Source of the DNA: Phaeosaccion multiseriatum
Taxonomy: Eukaryota; Protista; Ochrophyta, other classes
Length of the DNA: 64,000 bases
Direction: 5' to 3'
Assembly (NCBI GenBank): GCA_965112735.1
Contig: OZ218959.1
Span: 1,178,001 to 1,242,000 of the forward strand
The position numbers and the translations under genes were made by a program. Below the pieces are notes generated by a model. It made no database searches. It had not been told where the DNA came from and saw only the letters and a list, made by a program, of their open reading frames with translations. Positions 22,901 to 35,225 of the stretch are shown here, piece after piece (within the stretch, counting starts at the first letter, position 1; each line of letters opens with the position of its first letter).

Positions 22901-24912
22901 AATGACAAGAAGAAGAAAAGGGGTGACTTGTCGAGTGATGAAGAAGAGGAGGAAGGCAGGGTGGCCAAGGGAAGCAGCAGCAGCAAGAAAAAGGGGAAAG
23001 GAAAGGGCAAACAAGCCAGGCACGACGAGGAGGAAGAAGAAGAGGATTTCGTTTCCATAAGCACTCCTGCGAAGAAGCGCAAGGTGGGTAGTAGTAAGAA
23101 GAGGAAACAGAAGAAGGAGGACGAGAAGAAGAAGAAGAGGGCGATGAAGCGGAAGCGGAGCGGGCAGAGGGAGAGTGACGACGACGACGACAGCGAGGGA
23201 GAAGAAGGCGAGACAGACGGTGAGGCCGGGACACCCTTCAGGCGTGATCCCCACTTCCGAGCTCACCATGAGAGGATCAAAGGTAAGAAGGAAGAGAGGC
23301 ATGATGGTACCGGAGGTGGAAGAGTGGTAGTAGTAGTATTACAAGTAGTAGAAGCGCATGTATAAAAAAAACTAGTTGTAGTAGTTGCAGTTGTAGTAGT
23401 AGTCTTAGTAATAGAAGTTATAGTTTTTGTTGTAGCAGTAGTGGTAGTAGTGGCAGGAGGAGGGGGAGGAGGAAGAGACGCACAATGGGTGAGATGGAGT
23501 ATCTGGGGAATGGGTTTGTCATCATCATCAGCAGCAGCTGACGACCCCCCCTTTCTTTCCGCCCTGTTTGCCCTTTGCGTGTTGCCCGCGTGTATGCCTC
23601 GTGTGTGTTTGTGCGTGTGTCCACTCTCAACGCACAGCTCCACCGCCACCGACGCCTGGAACACGACGCTTCGGTCGGAGACGCATACCTAGACTCAAGT
23701 TTTGGCTGGGAGATAGGGTGGAGATGAAAATGAAAGTTCAGGGGGCGGGGGCAGAGGACATCGACAGCGATGAGGACCTTAGGGGGAAGGATCCTGTGCC
23801 CAAGGTGGTCGGAATCATGGTCCATGACGACAACACGGACTGGTCTTCTGGTAAAGCTCCACTGGGCGGAAGCATCGTCCGGGAGACCTCACGGACGAAG
23901 AGGTTCGTCGATGAGGATCACTGGTGCACAATTCACTTACTCTGTCCCTGACCGAAACGAAGTTTGCTGGTTTGTTTCTGTGTTTTGGAGGGGGGGCTCC
24001 TTGTGAGTTTGAGTTTGTGACCTGCGTATGGCACAACTGAATAGAGAGTGGGAGAAGGAAGTTGCAACCCATGCCTCGGGTACTGGGAATTGGCATACGG
24101 TATAGGCTATTGTGTGTTTTGGTTAGGGCTGGTCTTACTCTTGTACCCTTGTCCTTACACGCCCACTTGGAAGCCCCCTGCACACTTGATGCCTGTCGGT
24201 TGTGTTCACGACCCCTCTTTCCCCGCTCCCCTCTCCCCTCTCCTCCTTCTTGTCTCTCCCAGAGCGGCCAATGCGAAAGCCCAAGCCAGCAAGAGCCGCA
24301 GCAGTGGGAAGGGGGAGAGCGACCCATCGGGGCTTCCTCCCATCTCTCCGTCCTCGTTGGAGCCTCTAGAGCATGGCAAGGAGTACCTCGTGGAGGCAGA
24401 GACAGGCGATGTGTGGGACGAGGAGGAGGCGCAAGTAGTGGAGAGACGTGAGTGGGGAGGGAGGGGGAGGGAGGAGAGGGGAGGAAGGGCCCTCGGTCGG
24501 TCGGTCGGTCGGTCGGTCGGTCGGTCGGTCAGTCATTCGGTAGCAGGCCTCTATTCATTCGCGAACCGTTCTCTATTCCTTCGCCTCACGACGACCGTAC
24601 GCTGTGCGCCCCCTCCCGCCCTCCCCCGGCTTCTCCTTCTCCTTCCCCTGCCCCTCGCTCGTACTGTACAGACATCGTCCGCCGGCTTCGTAACATGACC
24701 TTCGGACCGCTGCCTGCCAGCGCAGAGAGGCAATCGGGCAAGGAGGGCACTGGGGAGGCGGTGCAAGCCTTCGACGTGGCGCAGGAGGCGGGCGTCTCGC
24801 GGTGAGGGGGGGCGCTTGGGCATGTGCTTGGGCTTGGGCATGTGCTTAGGCTTGGGCCTGGCGTGGCGTGGCGGATGGGGCCCGAGGGCACCGCACACAC
24901 ACGTTTACCCAC

Positions 24913-24944
<32 letters not shown>

Positions 24945-26182
24945 GCGCCCACTTGGTCTCTCTGCAAGGCCGCGCTCCTTTTTTCTCCCATCACCCCGTA
25001 CTAATTTTGTTGACTTTTGTTGGTGCTCCGTTCCTTCGGTCTGGCAACGCACAGGTGGGTGTCGGGCTATCTCAACCTCCCCCCCGGGGCCGTGAAGGAC
25101 GCCGAGCACGTGGCCATGAGCACGCAGCAGTATTGGGTGTCATCGTGTCAGCCCAACTCGCTCGAGGTAAGAGGGATGGAGAGGGAGGGAGGGAGGGAAG
25201 GAGGGAGAAAGGGGGGGGGAGTGAGTGAGTGAGTGGGTGAGTGGGTGAGTGAGTCGTGAGTGAGTGAAGGTGGGGTGGGTGTGGGAAGTGAGTGAGTCAC
25301 GGGCGGAGGACTGTGTTGAGTCTATAATCGGCTTGGAATGGGCCAGACAGACAGAGCTCCTGCATGAGTGATCATGCTAAAAGGGGCCAGAAACGCTCAG
25401 CAACACTGGATGTCTGGATTTGTCTTTCAGTGCGCGTTAGACTAATTTGCACTTCGCCTACTACTACTCCACGCCTACATGACGCATACACACGCACACG
25501 CACACACACACGCCCACACACCCACACACCCATACACCCACACGCCCACCCCGTCTTAGGTTGCCATCGCAGAGCCGCATCACGAGGAGGCTGCCTTCGA
25601 TCCCTCGCAGGCGCAGCGCTACCTGCTGTCGTCGGGCGATCAGTTCTACGTGCCTATGAACAATGTGTACCGCCTGGAGAACCACTCAAAAGAAGCCACC
25701 GCCAAGATCTTCTGGACCATTCACAAGGTGAGGGAGTGAAGGAGTTGAGCGTGCGAAGTAGTGAGTGAGAGAGTGAGTCGGTGAGCAGCATGTACCAAGT
25801 CATCATCCCCTCCTTTGCATCATTCAAGCCATCAATCCATGGCCCCGCGTGCACTGAGGCTGTGGTATTCTTCCTGTTGATGCTTCGCTGCTGATGCCTT
25901 CTTGCACTTGCGCGCACATGTATGGGCATGGCCGTAGAGGGTACTGCATTTTGCATTAGTTCTCTGACGCGGAAGGCTGGCACTACCAACCCGTTCCTTT
26001 TCCATCTTGTGCATTCCATTCGCCTTATGGTTCATGGTGCTAACACCTCAAGGGGAAAAGGCGTGTTAGTCCCCACAGCCCTCTCTCCATGCGTCCAATC
26101 AACCCGTTGAATCAATCCGAACAAACCCGCCCCCCCATCTCCCTCTCCCTCTCCCTCTCCCGCTCAGCCCGTCGACTCGTGA
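19922..26182 (+). CDS. CENPC: Centromere protein C (CENP-C/Mif2)
   Basis: Exons (19922-19936 tentative), 20272-20393, 20639-20730, 20940-21526, 21899-23282, 23638-23902, 24263-24447, 24672-24801, 25055-25166, 25560-25727, 26168-26182. N-terminal GRRT...DENGYSNVESFW, CENP-C motif GTRRFGRRRIPRLKFWLGDRV, and C-terminal cupin SGYLNLPPGAVKDAE...GDQFYVPMNNVYRLENHS...KIFW. Confidence 0.85.
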
Positions 26183-26683
26183 GGGGCTGCTGATTGGCTG
26201 ATTGGGCACTTGCTTGCGAGAGGAAGGAAGTCGTTAATCAGTCCAGGCCCCCTCTTCCGCTCCCGACCGCGTGGTGGTGAGATGGGAGTGGATCTCGCGC
26301 AGTCCGGCAGTGGATCAACATCACGCCTTCCGTGCTTGGGAACCAGCGGTCAGGGGAGAGAGCAGGTGGAATGGATGGCAACAGAAGCACAACGTCTCAG
26401 TAGTATATAGACAACGTCGGGCTGCATCACAAGCATCGCCACAGATTCTACAGCAGCTGGGATTTCCATTCCTTGCCCCTCGCTTCAGGCTCGCATGCTT
26501 GTGATGGGCCGGCCATCAAGGAAGCTGTGGTCACCGCGCCGAGACTTCGACCTACGTGCAAACCATGTCGGATGTAGTCATTGATTGGATGTATTTTGGA
26601 GCGTTGACGTGCCCAAGTCGTCGTACAGGTCCGTCGATGCTCTTCAACCATTTCGGATTGGTTTGCACTTATCATTGAACCAC

Positions 26684-26714
<31 letters not shown>

Positions 26715-26997
26715 GTGATGAGCTTTAAGAAAGAAAGTGCGAATCGATATCGAAGCTTCTCAACACTGCTGAGGGTGGGCTTGGCTAGCCATGACGCATG
26801 AATCGATTAACCTTCTCCTTCTCTTCTTCTTCTTCTCCTTCTTCTTCTGGTGTTGGAGGAGCTAGAGGTGCAAATGACCTCAGTGCAATGTGTTCAACAG
26901 GGTCCACTTACTACGGTTACTGCTTTTCAGACCTTACAACGACCGTGAACTCCGCATGAGGCGCAGGCTCCATTCGACGCATTAATCAATCCCTTCC

Positions 26998-27156
26998 TCG
27001 ACCCCTGACACACTATCGCCCACATTCTCGATAGCCCGCTATCGGCCCCCCCGGGGGCCGATAGCGGATAGCGTGCCGGCTGGCGCCGGCCGATAGCGGA
27101 TAGCGCGCCGGCTGGCGCCGGCGATAGCGGATAGCGGATAGTGTGTCAGGGGTCGA
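26998..27156. mobile_element. Putative MITE, 159 bp, with 20-bp terminal inverted repeats
   Basis: TCGACCCCTGACACACTATC ... GATAGTGTGTCAGGGGTCGA perfect TIRs, flanked by direct repeat CCTTCC on both sides. Internal GATAGCG repeats and a hairpin. Confidence 0.7.
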
Positions 27157-27322
27157 CCTTCCCCTCCCTTCCCCGCCCGCTCTAATGAGAGGGCCAAAAA
27201 ACTGAAACGAATATTCCCACTCCACCTCACATTTTGGCGCGTTGTGAACCGCTCGACTTTCGCAGCAATAGCTTTACCCATCCAGAGTCTCACGACAGTC
27301 GAAGAGGGAAGAAGCGCTCAGG

Positions 27323-29259
27323 ATGATGAAGCGCAAGCGACAGCGTCAGGTGCCCGTGCAGGCACTCGTCCTGGCCGGATTAAATTTGGTGCGCGAGACC
27401 TCCACGTTTCACTCCAACCCAGTGTACTTCACGGCGTCATGTCTTAGCTGTAAGAGGAAGGTCGGTTTTCTTGGGCCTGAGGTAGTACGTGACTCGGACC
27501 TAAGCAGGAGCAGCATGCACAGCGTCTCGCGGCAGCAATCGTATCACCAGCACCACTCCTTTCCGGGAGGACTGCATGAGCCGGGAAGAGTCGGCTCCCT
27601 TTCGTGGAGCGCCAGGGCTACTGCGAATGCCACTGCGAGTGCACATGGCACGAGGAGAAGGAGAAGTAGTCGCAGCAGTAGCAGCAGTAGCAGCAGTAAC
27701 AGCAGGAAGGACACCTTTGTTCAGGCAGGTTTCGTGGGGTCGGAGGCAGTTGCCTTCGCATTGTGCCTTGTCAAAGCAATGGTCGAAGTCATTCAAGGCT
27801 TGTTCAACCGATACGACTTTCTGCTTACGACCAGCCCCCTTTACACTAAGTCCATCTCTGCGGGCCTCATCAGTTGCCTGGGCGATTTCATCACGCAACG
27901 CCTGGAGCGGAGGGGCTTTGGCTCTACGAAGAATCACAGCAAGGAAGGGACGAAGGGTGTTGCCACCAAGTGGAGATTGTGGGGGTCAGACAGCACCGAC
28001 GTCAGGCGTTCTTTCGCTGTGATGTGCGAAGGTGAGGAGGCATAAAGTACTCACTGTTCTTTTGGCGTCTCTGCAGCGTTGGAAGTGATCGGCTCGTGAG
28101 CTTAGTTTCCAGTGTGTAGAGGGTGCGTGGTGGTGCATTCATCGGCCATGCTGGTGGAGCAACCCCCCCTTCTTTTCTATGTAATACCTTGCCCTTCTCT
28201 TCCGCCTCTCCTCCTCCGCCCCCCCCCCTCCGCTATCTCCCACACTCATCCACCTACCGTCCTTTCCATCCTTCTCGCCTGCCCCCCTGTGCCTGTCTGT
28301 CTGGCCCCTCCCCCCATTGAACTGAGCAGGCGTGTTTCTCACAGGGCCCCTCCTTCACGTCCTCTACAGCCGGTTGGAGCACTACCTGCCCTCCGTCGGA
28401 GCAGAGGGTTGGCTGCCCGCAGCTGGCCACGTGCTTGCAGACACGCTGCTCTTTGACCCTCTCTTTGTCGTGGCGTTTTTCTGCTTTACGGGCCTTTTGG
28501 AGGGCAAACCGTTGCTGCGAGATGTGCTGCCGAGGCTAAGGGACAACTTTTTCTCTGCCGTGCGGGCGTCGTGGCTGGTGAGTGCGGCGGAGTGAGGCAC
28601 ATGAGAAGAGCGCTGTAGAGGGGAGGAAGAGGAGGAGGAGGACGGGGGTGGGGTGGGGTGTGTGGGGGGGGAGAAGGGGTGTGGAAGGAGGAGAGGGACG
28701 GGGGGAGAGACGGAGGAGGGGAGGGACGGAGGAGGAGGGTGAGAGGAGGAGAGGGAGGAGGAGGAGGAGGAGGAGGAGGAGGAGGAGGAGGAGGAGGAGG
28801 AGGAGGAGATGAGAAGGAGGGAGGGGCCGGAGGAAGAGGAAGAGGATGGAGGGGGCGGGGGAGGGCTGGACTTCACTGACCCGCCCCCTGCGCCCACGTG
28901 CTCACACCCACCCACGCACCCACACTGCTGTCGCATATCAATGCACGTATTCACACCCACCCACCCACCCACGGAACCACACACTCCACCTACCTCCGCT
29001 GCTGTCTCACGTCAACGCAACCAACAAACCAACCAACCAACCAACCCAGGTGTCAGTGTGCTTCTGGCCCGTGCAGTACCTCGGCTTCCGTTACCTTCCT
29101 CTGCACTACCGAGTCATGCTTGTCAACGTGTGCGATTGCGTGTGGACGGCAGTGCTGAGCTTCTACAGCCACAAGAAGGGGGAGGGGGAGAGGGAGAGCG
29201 ATGGCAGCAGCAGCAACAGCAGCAGCAGCAGCAGCAGCAGCGAGCAAGCGGCCGCATAG
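27323..29259 (+). CDS. Mpv17/PMP22 family membrane protein
   Basis: Exons 27323(start uncertain)-28031, 28330-28577, 29050-29259. Motifs Y..LL...PLYTKSISAGLISCLGDFITQ, GPLLHVLYSRLE, ADTLLFDP, FWPVQYLGFRYLPLHYRVMLVN...WTAVLS. Confidence 0.88.
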
Positions 29260-30742
29260 TTAGTTGAGAGGAGAGTGACCGTGGCGACGGAGGGGCGACA
29301 GGGGGGGGTTGGGCCTGTCATGGCCAGTTTTGAGGAGGAGGAGGAGGAGGAGGAGGAGGAGGAGGAGGAGGAGGAGGAGGAGGAGGGGCGGGGAAGAGCG
29401 GCCATAAAGAAAGAAGGGGTGGGCCAGGAAAACACGCCTCCACAACAACGTGGGGCTGTTTTTTTTCAATTTTGGTTGGAGTAAGCTGGTGATAAACTAA
29501 TGTTTCCTCCAAAGACCAGCCGCTTACTTTAAGGAAACACTTTGTTCCCTGTTGTTTTTCGTTGGTCAAGTACTGTCTGTGTATGAACAAAAGAAAGGGG
29601 CTTCCGAAAGACCTCGCTACCCCTTTTGAAGACCTATAAGAGCTTTTTGTACAGTGTTTTCATTCTTACTATTACTGTGCAAGTGGAGGCCGTCCAGATA
29701 TCGTATCACCAACCCCTGCCTCACCCACTTGGCCGCGTCAAGTTGGTCCATGTACCGTGAGTTAACGGGCGAAGATAACGGTACGGCTCATCTGGAGAGG
29801 GGAAGACAGCGGGTGCGCTAATAAAACCGTAACCGTAATCTCTCATGTCTCTCTCTTCTGTTGCCTCCGTCAAAGATCCGGTGGCACCTCTGCGCACCTA
29901 CGCCGTAAGGTGTTGTAGAAGGAACAAACGCAGAAGGGGGACGCCGTGGATGGGCCCAGGGGAGCTGTGGATGGACAGTACCAAATGTGCAAGCTTGGCC
30001 TTGATTGAGGAGCAAGAAAAACCCCAAAGTCAAAACCAGCGTATGCCACAGGGTCACGCACGGCCCGGGCCACTTTTGAAGGGGTTTCGGCTGCTCATCA
30101 ACTCCAAGCTTGCAAAATACAGACCTACAACCCAGAGTGGGTGGTGGTGTGAAAGGCCGAGGACAGCACGCTCCCCTCCCCACCCAACCCTCACAGGATG
30201 GGCTTGCATGCTTGGACTACTTGAAGGGCTTCCAACGTCTTCAAGTCAGCGCGGGCCATCTTGCTGATTTGGCAAGCGCTGCTGGTGAGCCCATCAAGCC
30301 CAAGCTAGCAAAGCGTATACTTACAACCCAAAGGGTGGTGGTGTGAAAAGGCAGACCACAGCACAGCACAGCCTACACCCTCTACAGCCTCATTGTTAAA
30401 GCAATGCGAACGAGCCCTGGTGCAGAGAGCGGAGTGGCCGTTACACGCCATCCTCTCTCTCTCAGGCAGCCATCTGGGCGGCTACCATGCGTCAAGAAAT
30501 CACGGCCCCAGAAAACCAGCCCACGCCACTCCCTTTCTTCCGCTGTGGTCTCACGCCCGAAAACGCACGGAGCCGCGAGAAGATTAGTCGACACGCCGGG
30601 GAAAGTCCTCAGCCAGCCGCTCCTGCCGCACCTCCTCCTTTTGATCCGCCACACACACACTCCGCCGCAAGGGCACGACTCTGAAACCAGCAGGCAGACT
30701 GAGGTTTCCGGTCACTGCACTGGCCCCCATACATCCCTTCAG

Positions 30743-31141
30743 TCATCTATTGCCAGCCTTCATCTTGGCTATTGCCTTCTGTTGCTCTCGCCAGCGCTCC
30801 TCGGCCTTCTTGGTAGTCGCCTTGGACTCCTTCTTTCTTTCCCTCTGCTCAAACAGCCGAGAGAGAGAGAGAGAGAGAGTGAGAGAGAGAGAGACCGAGA
30901 GAGAGAGAGAGAGACAGACCGAGAAGGAGAGAGAGAGACCGAGAAAGAGAGAGAGAGACCCAGATGGTTGAGCAAGTCAGAAGAGGGCCTCAAGTATGGG
31001 CTAGGTATGGGAGAGGAAAGTGGAAAGGGAAGGGAGGGGAGGGATGGGGCAAAAAAATGCAGGCAGCGGACTCACGTATTCTCCTGCGATCGCCTTCTCG
31101 TTCACAATCTTATCCTTCGTACGACTTAGCTTACCACCCAT
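30743..31141 (-). CDS. 55-aa basic/charged microprotein with an N-myristoylation-like start
   Basis: Exon 31141-31076 (MGGKLSRTKDKIVNEKAIAGEY), GTGAGT donor, (CT)n tract and CAG acceptor, exon 30844-30743 (RERKKESKATTKKAEERWREQQKAIAKMKAGNR*). Phase-0 join. Confidence 0.65.
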
Positions 31142-31687
31142 CTTTGCCTACTCTGTGTGTGCAATACCATCGCAAGTAAGAGCGCAGGTGGGGCGGTGGA
31201 GGGGGGCGTTACTGCAGATCAGTGAAGGGCGCTGGGTGGGTTTCCTGAATGTATATGCATGTATGAGTGCCCGCTCGAAGCTCATCCCCCCTCAGCTTCC
31301 CCTCTCTCTTCATCCGTCTTTCAAAGCTCCACCCCCACACACAGCACAGCCCAGCCACATCTCCCTCACTCACCTTCACGTCCGCAGCGTCTTTTGTTTC
31401 TTCGAGGCCCCACCCCGCTTGCTCTTCGCCCCCCTCCTTGCTCGATAGAAAGCAGAGGGATTGGAAAGGGAGAGGGGGTGAGAGAAGAGAGAAGATGATT
31501 TGCAGTTTCAGCTCGCTCATTGGAAATTGGGTTCAAACCTTCGAAGTATCCATGAGCGAAGGGAGAGAGAGGACATGCAAAAAGACCGGAGGATAATGGC
31601 TGAGCCATAGGTCCTGCTTCAGTAGTTTCTGGTCGCAATAGCAGGAAAAGAAGGGGTGGAAAGCGCGGTTGGTAGTGCCGTGGGAAG

Positions 31688-32556
31688 ATGGAGGGAGACA
31701 GTACGGTGGGGAGAGATGAAGTTGGCGCAGCTGGCTTGGTTTGCCTGCAAGCCTACCTGGGGTCGGCTTGCCCTGCTCTCCTCTGCCTGACTGACGCTGG
31801 GAGCAGCTTGCCGGAGGGAAGCGCAGCTACTGGAGGAGGAGAAGGAGGCAGGAGCGGCAGCAGCTTCAGGAAGGCGTTGGAGGACGCTCAGGTGGTGCAT
31901 CTGCTGTCTGGCTTTACGCAAGATAAAGCTTTCTCGGCGCTGCAGGTGGAGCTCACTGCTGGTGGAGTAGAGTCGCAATCAGAGAGCAATAGCAGCAGCA
32001 GCAACAGCAGCCCGTCTGTCGAGGGGGAAGAACAAGACAGCGATGGGAGCCCGCCAGACCCCTCTTCGGCCACTGCCGCTGCTCCTGTGACCAGCAATGG
32101 CTTCCGCTTCGAGCTGTGCATTCGTCCATCGGGAAGCCCCAGCCTTGCGTTCCTCAAGTCAGGCGCTGCAGCGACCTCGGGCGTGCTCTCCCCCAACCTG
32201 CCTTTGCGGGAGCAGCTGCAGGTCATGACCTTCCCCTTCTCCTCTCCCCAGGGAAAGAAGCAGCAGGATGAGGACGGGGCAGGCGCTGCTGTATCACCAG
32301 CGGCTGGGGATGAAGATAAGGGGCCGGAGTTGTTGCAGGCGCTGCAGCTCTTCACCGCGCAGTCCTTCGCGCCAGCCGTGGCCAGGTGCGCAGCGTCCGT
32401 TGGTCGATCGCTCTGCAGCAGACTGAGTGAGAGCAAGATGCGCATGTGTGACATAAACCTCTCTCTCTCTCTCTCAGTCTGTCTGTCTATCTTTCTGCCT
32501 CTATCAATTCCTTGGGTGATCCTTGTGGGTGGGCTGTTTTGGCCTCCTACTCCTCA

Positions 32557-32588
<32 letters not shown>

Positions 32589-35184
32589 GTGGTGGTTGTG
32601 CCACTCACCCTTTCACACGCCCTTAAAACGCTCGCCCCCCCCCCCCACACACACACACACCGTCTAACTCACCTCAATCCCAGGTACATTGCACTCAACC
32701 CGGGAAGGGGCGACAATAACAAGCAGGACAAGAAGCGCGAAAGCAGCTTCGCCAACCTGCAGAACAAAATCAAGGTGAGTTCAAAGCAAGCAAGGCCGTC
32801 TTCTTTCCCAAGTATGATCACTTCTTCTGCTTCCCGGCCCCTCCGACTCTAGGCCTCTCTAGGCCTCTCTAGGCCTCTCTTCCCCCGTCCTTCACTCTCA
32901 ACCATCGCCACCCCCTACCCCCCCCGGCGCGGGGAAAACACCACCGAAACCTCTCCTGATTCCAAGGCTTGCTCACGCTGCCTCCCTGCCTCCTCTCCGT
33001 ACCCTACATTGTCCCATTTACACCCTTCGTTGTGCATATGCGGGCTGTCCTCCACTCTCCTCTCCTTTTGGTCCTCACCCCCCCAGGAGTTGGCATTGGC
33101 ACTATCGCAATGCCAACGGCGCTTTAGCATCCCGGCAGTCAACCTCACGGCACACCCCGACATTGCTGCTGCCGCCGCCGGTGTGTCTGAGGGGCAAGCA
33201 ATCGACCTCGATAGGCTCGGCCTCATGGAGAGGGTCAAAGATGACACATTCCTTAACAAGGTAAGGATGACGTGTCTGTCGCTTACTCTTGCGCATAGTA
33301 TTATTATTCCTGCATTTTCTACTTGGCAAGGCGGTGACCTGTCGGTGTGAAAGAGGCTCTTGGTTCGCCAGTTGCGCGCCTCTAGTTGCTTCCTTTACGG
33401 CCCCCACCAAGATTAGGAGTCCGCCCTCCTTGGCTTGTACGTTGTTGAAATGTCTCACACTCTTTATGTGTACGTACCCCACGAGTGGGTGCGTGCGTGA
33501 GTGAGTGAGTGAGGGAGTGCGTGAGTGAGAGAAGTGGTAACGTACCCCACACCCCTCTGATGCGTGCGCAGGTGCAAGCCATCGCCAATGTGTGGGTGAG
33601 GGATATCCAAGAGATGGCCAGTCAGGGCAAGACACCCCTGCAAGAGAACATTCTGGAAGAAGTGAGCTTCTGGAAGAGCTTGGGGGAGGCCCTTCTCATC
33701 ACCAGGAAGCAAGTCGAATCCAAGGAAGTGCAGGCGAGTGTGTGTGTGTGGGAGGGAGGGAGGGAAGGAGGGAGGGAAGAATGCGAGGATTGAAGGGGGT
33801 TGGAGATGAAGAGTGCTGTGTTGAGGGGCGGTAGCTGCAGTACGGAGGGCTGCAGGGTCGCTGGAAGAGGGTATTAGGGGGATTGCTTCCAGGACGCTTT
33901 TGCTTCCTTTGAGCTATCGAGCTGCCAACTCAAGGCTTACCCACCACTCACCGTCTACCCACCTACCCACCTACGTACGAACACGTACCGTTACGTACCA
34001 ATGTCGCGTTGGATGGACGACTGCACGAATGTGTGACTGCGTGAACATATGATTGCAGATTACTGTGCAGCTGCTGGAGAGGTCCAAGCGCTTCTTGGCC
34101 ACCACTGCCGTGGCGGAGGCAAGCAAGCAGCTCAACGACGTCATCGCGAGGGTCACGGGCACCAACAGCATCAACTGTGAGTGCGTGAGTGCGTGAGTGC
34201 GTGTATGTGTGTGCGTGCGTGTGTGCGTGGGTGTATGCGCGCGTGTGTATGAGTTTGTGTGCGTGTGTATGTGTGTGTATATGTGTGTGCATGTGCGTGT
34301 GTGTGTGTGGCAGTCTTACTATCCCGTACCCGTCTCTTCTGTCCTCCTCAGCCTTCCTGGACAACTTGAAGCTCAACGCCCTGCTCAGTGCAGCTGACCT
34401 CCCCCGCCTCGAGGCCTCTCTCAGCGCTGTCTTCTCGGGCTACGACAAACTCGCCAACACGGCCAGCTACTCCGTTGAGCGGGCCACAAGACTGCTGGCC
34501 AAGGTCAGTCAGGAAGGGAGGGAGGGAGGGACGGAGGGAGGGAGGAAGGAAGGAAGGAAGGAAGGAAGGAAGGAAGGGAGGAAGGAAGTACGTAAAGTAC
34601 ATGTGGGTGCCAGTCATTCAGCTTCAGCTAGTCATTCATTCAGTCAGTTAGTGAGTGCCTGCCTGTTCGACTACGCGGGCTGCCCCCCCCCCCCCCTCCA
34701 TCCAATCCAAAGCCATTGTACATCATTCTCCACGACCGTCTCTGTGATCTATCCAAATTCTGTCCTGCTCAACTTCACCCGCAGGTGGATGCGGAGCTGT
34801 CGGACAGGATGGTGGGTATCCTTTCCAGCCTCCCAATCCCGCTCATGAAGCTGCCCTACAGCAGCTTCGACGAGCTCATCGGACAGGCCATTGGTGTGTT
34901 CGAAACCTCATGGCGGCAAGGCTTCGACCAAGTCTCTCGCACCATTGTGAGCTTGGCCCCCAAGAGGAATTGGGATAAGAAGGAGGCTGAGACTTTGCTC
35001 AGGGGCTTGCCCATCGAGCACGCAAGTCTGCTAGCAAGGCTGAAGGCCGTCAAGTCGCTGAGGGATGAGCACGAGCAGTTTAGATCTGTGGTACAGGGCG
35101 TCTTCTCGCTCTCCGGGGGCGAGGTGGCCACGATAGCTACTGCTACTGCTCCTAGTACCACAGCAGAAGGGGGAGACTCGTCTC

Positions 35185-35225
<41 letters not shown>

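Noticed and set aside
23903-23960. ATGAGGA...CTGA in a CENP-C intron
   Set aside because: About 40 nt, too short for a C/D snoRNA, and no guide is evident.
26710-26777. Second possible C/D snoRNA (GTGATGA ... CTGA)
   Set aside because: Only about 58 nt between the boxes, box C abuts a (CAT)n microsatellite, the terminal stem is weak, and I recognise no rRNA complement.
29845-30267. 140-aa ORF after a TATA-like sequence
   Set aside because: No recognisable domain and no consistent exon chain; it overlaps a degenerate repeat.
15430-31515. TTTCAGCT words in two divergent promoters (about 15437, 15484, 31506)
   Set aside because: Short, also found in an intron (about 47175), and too few copies to distinguish from chance.
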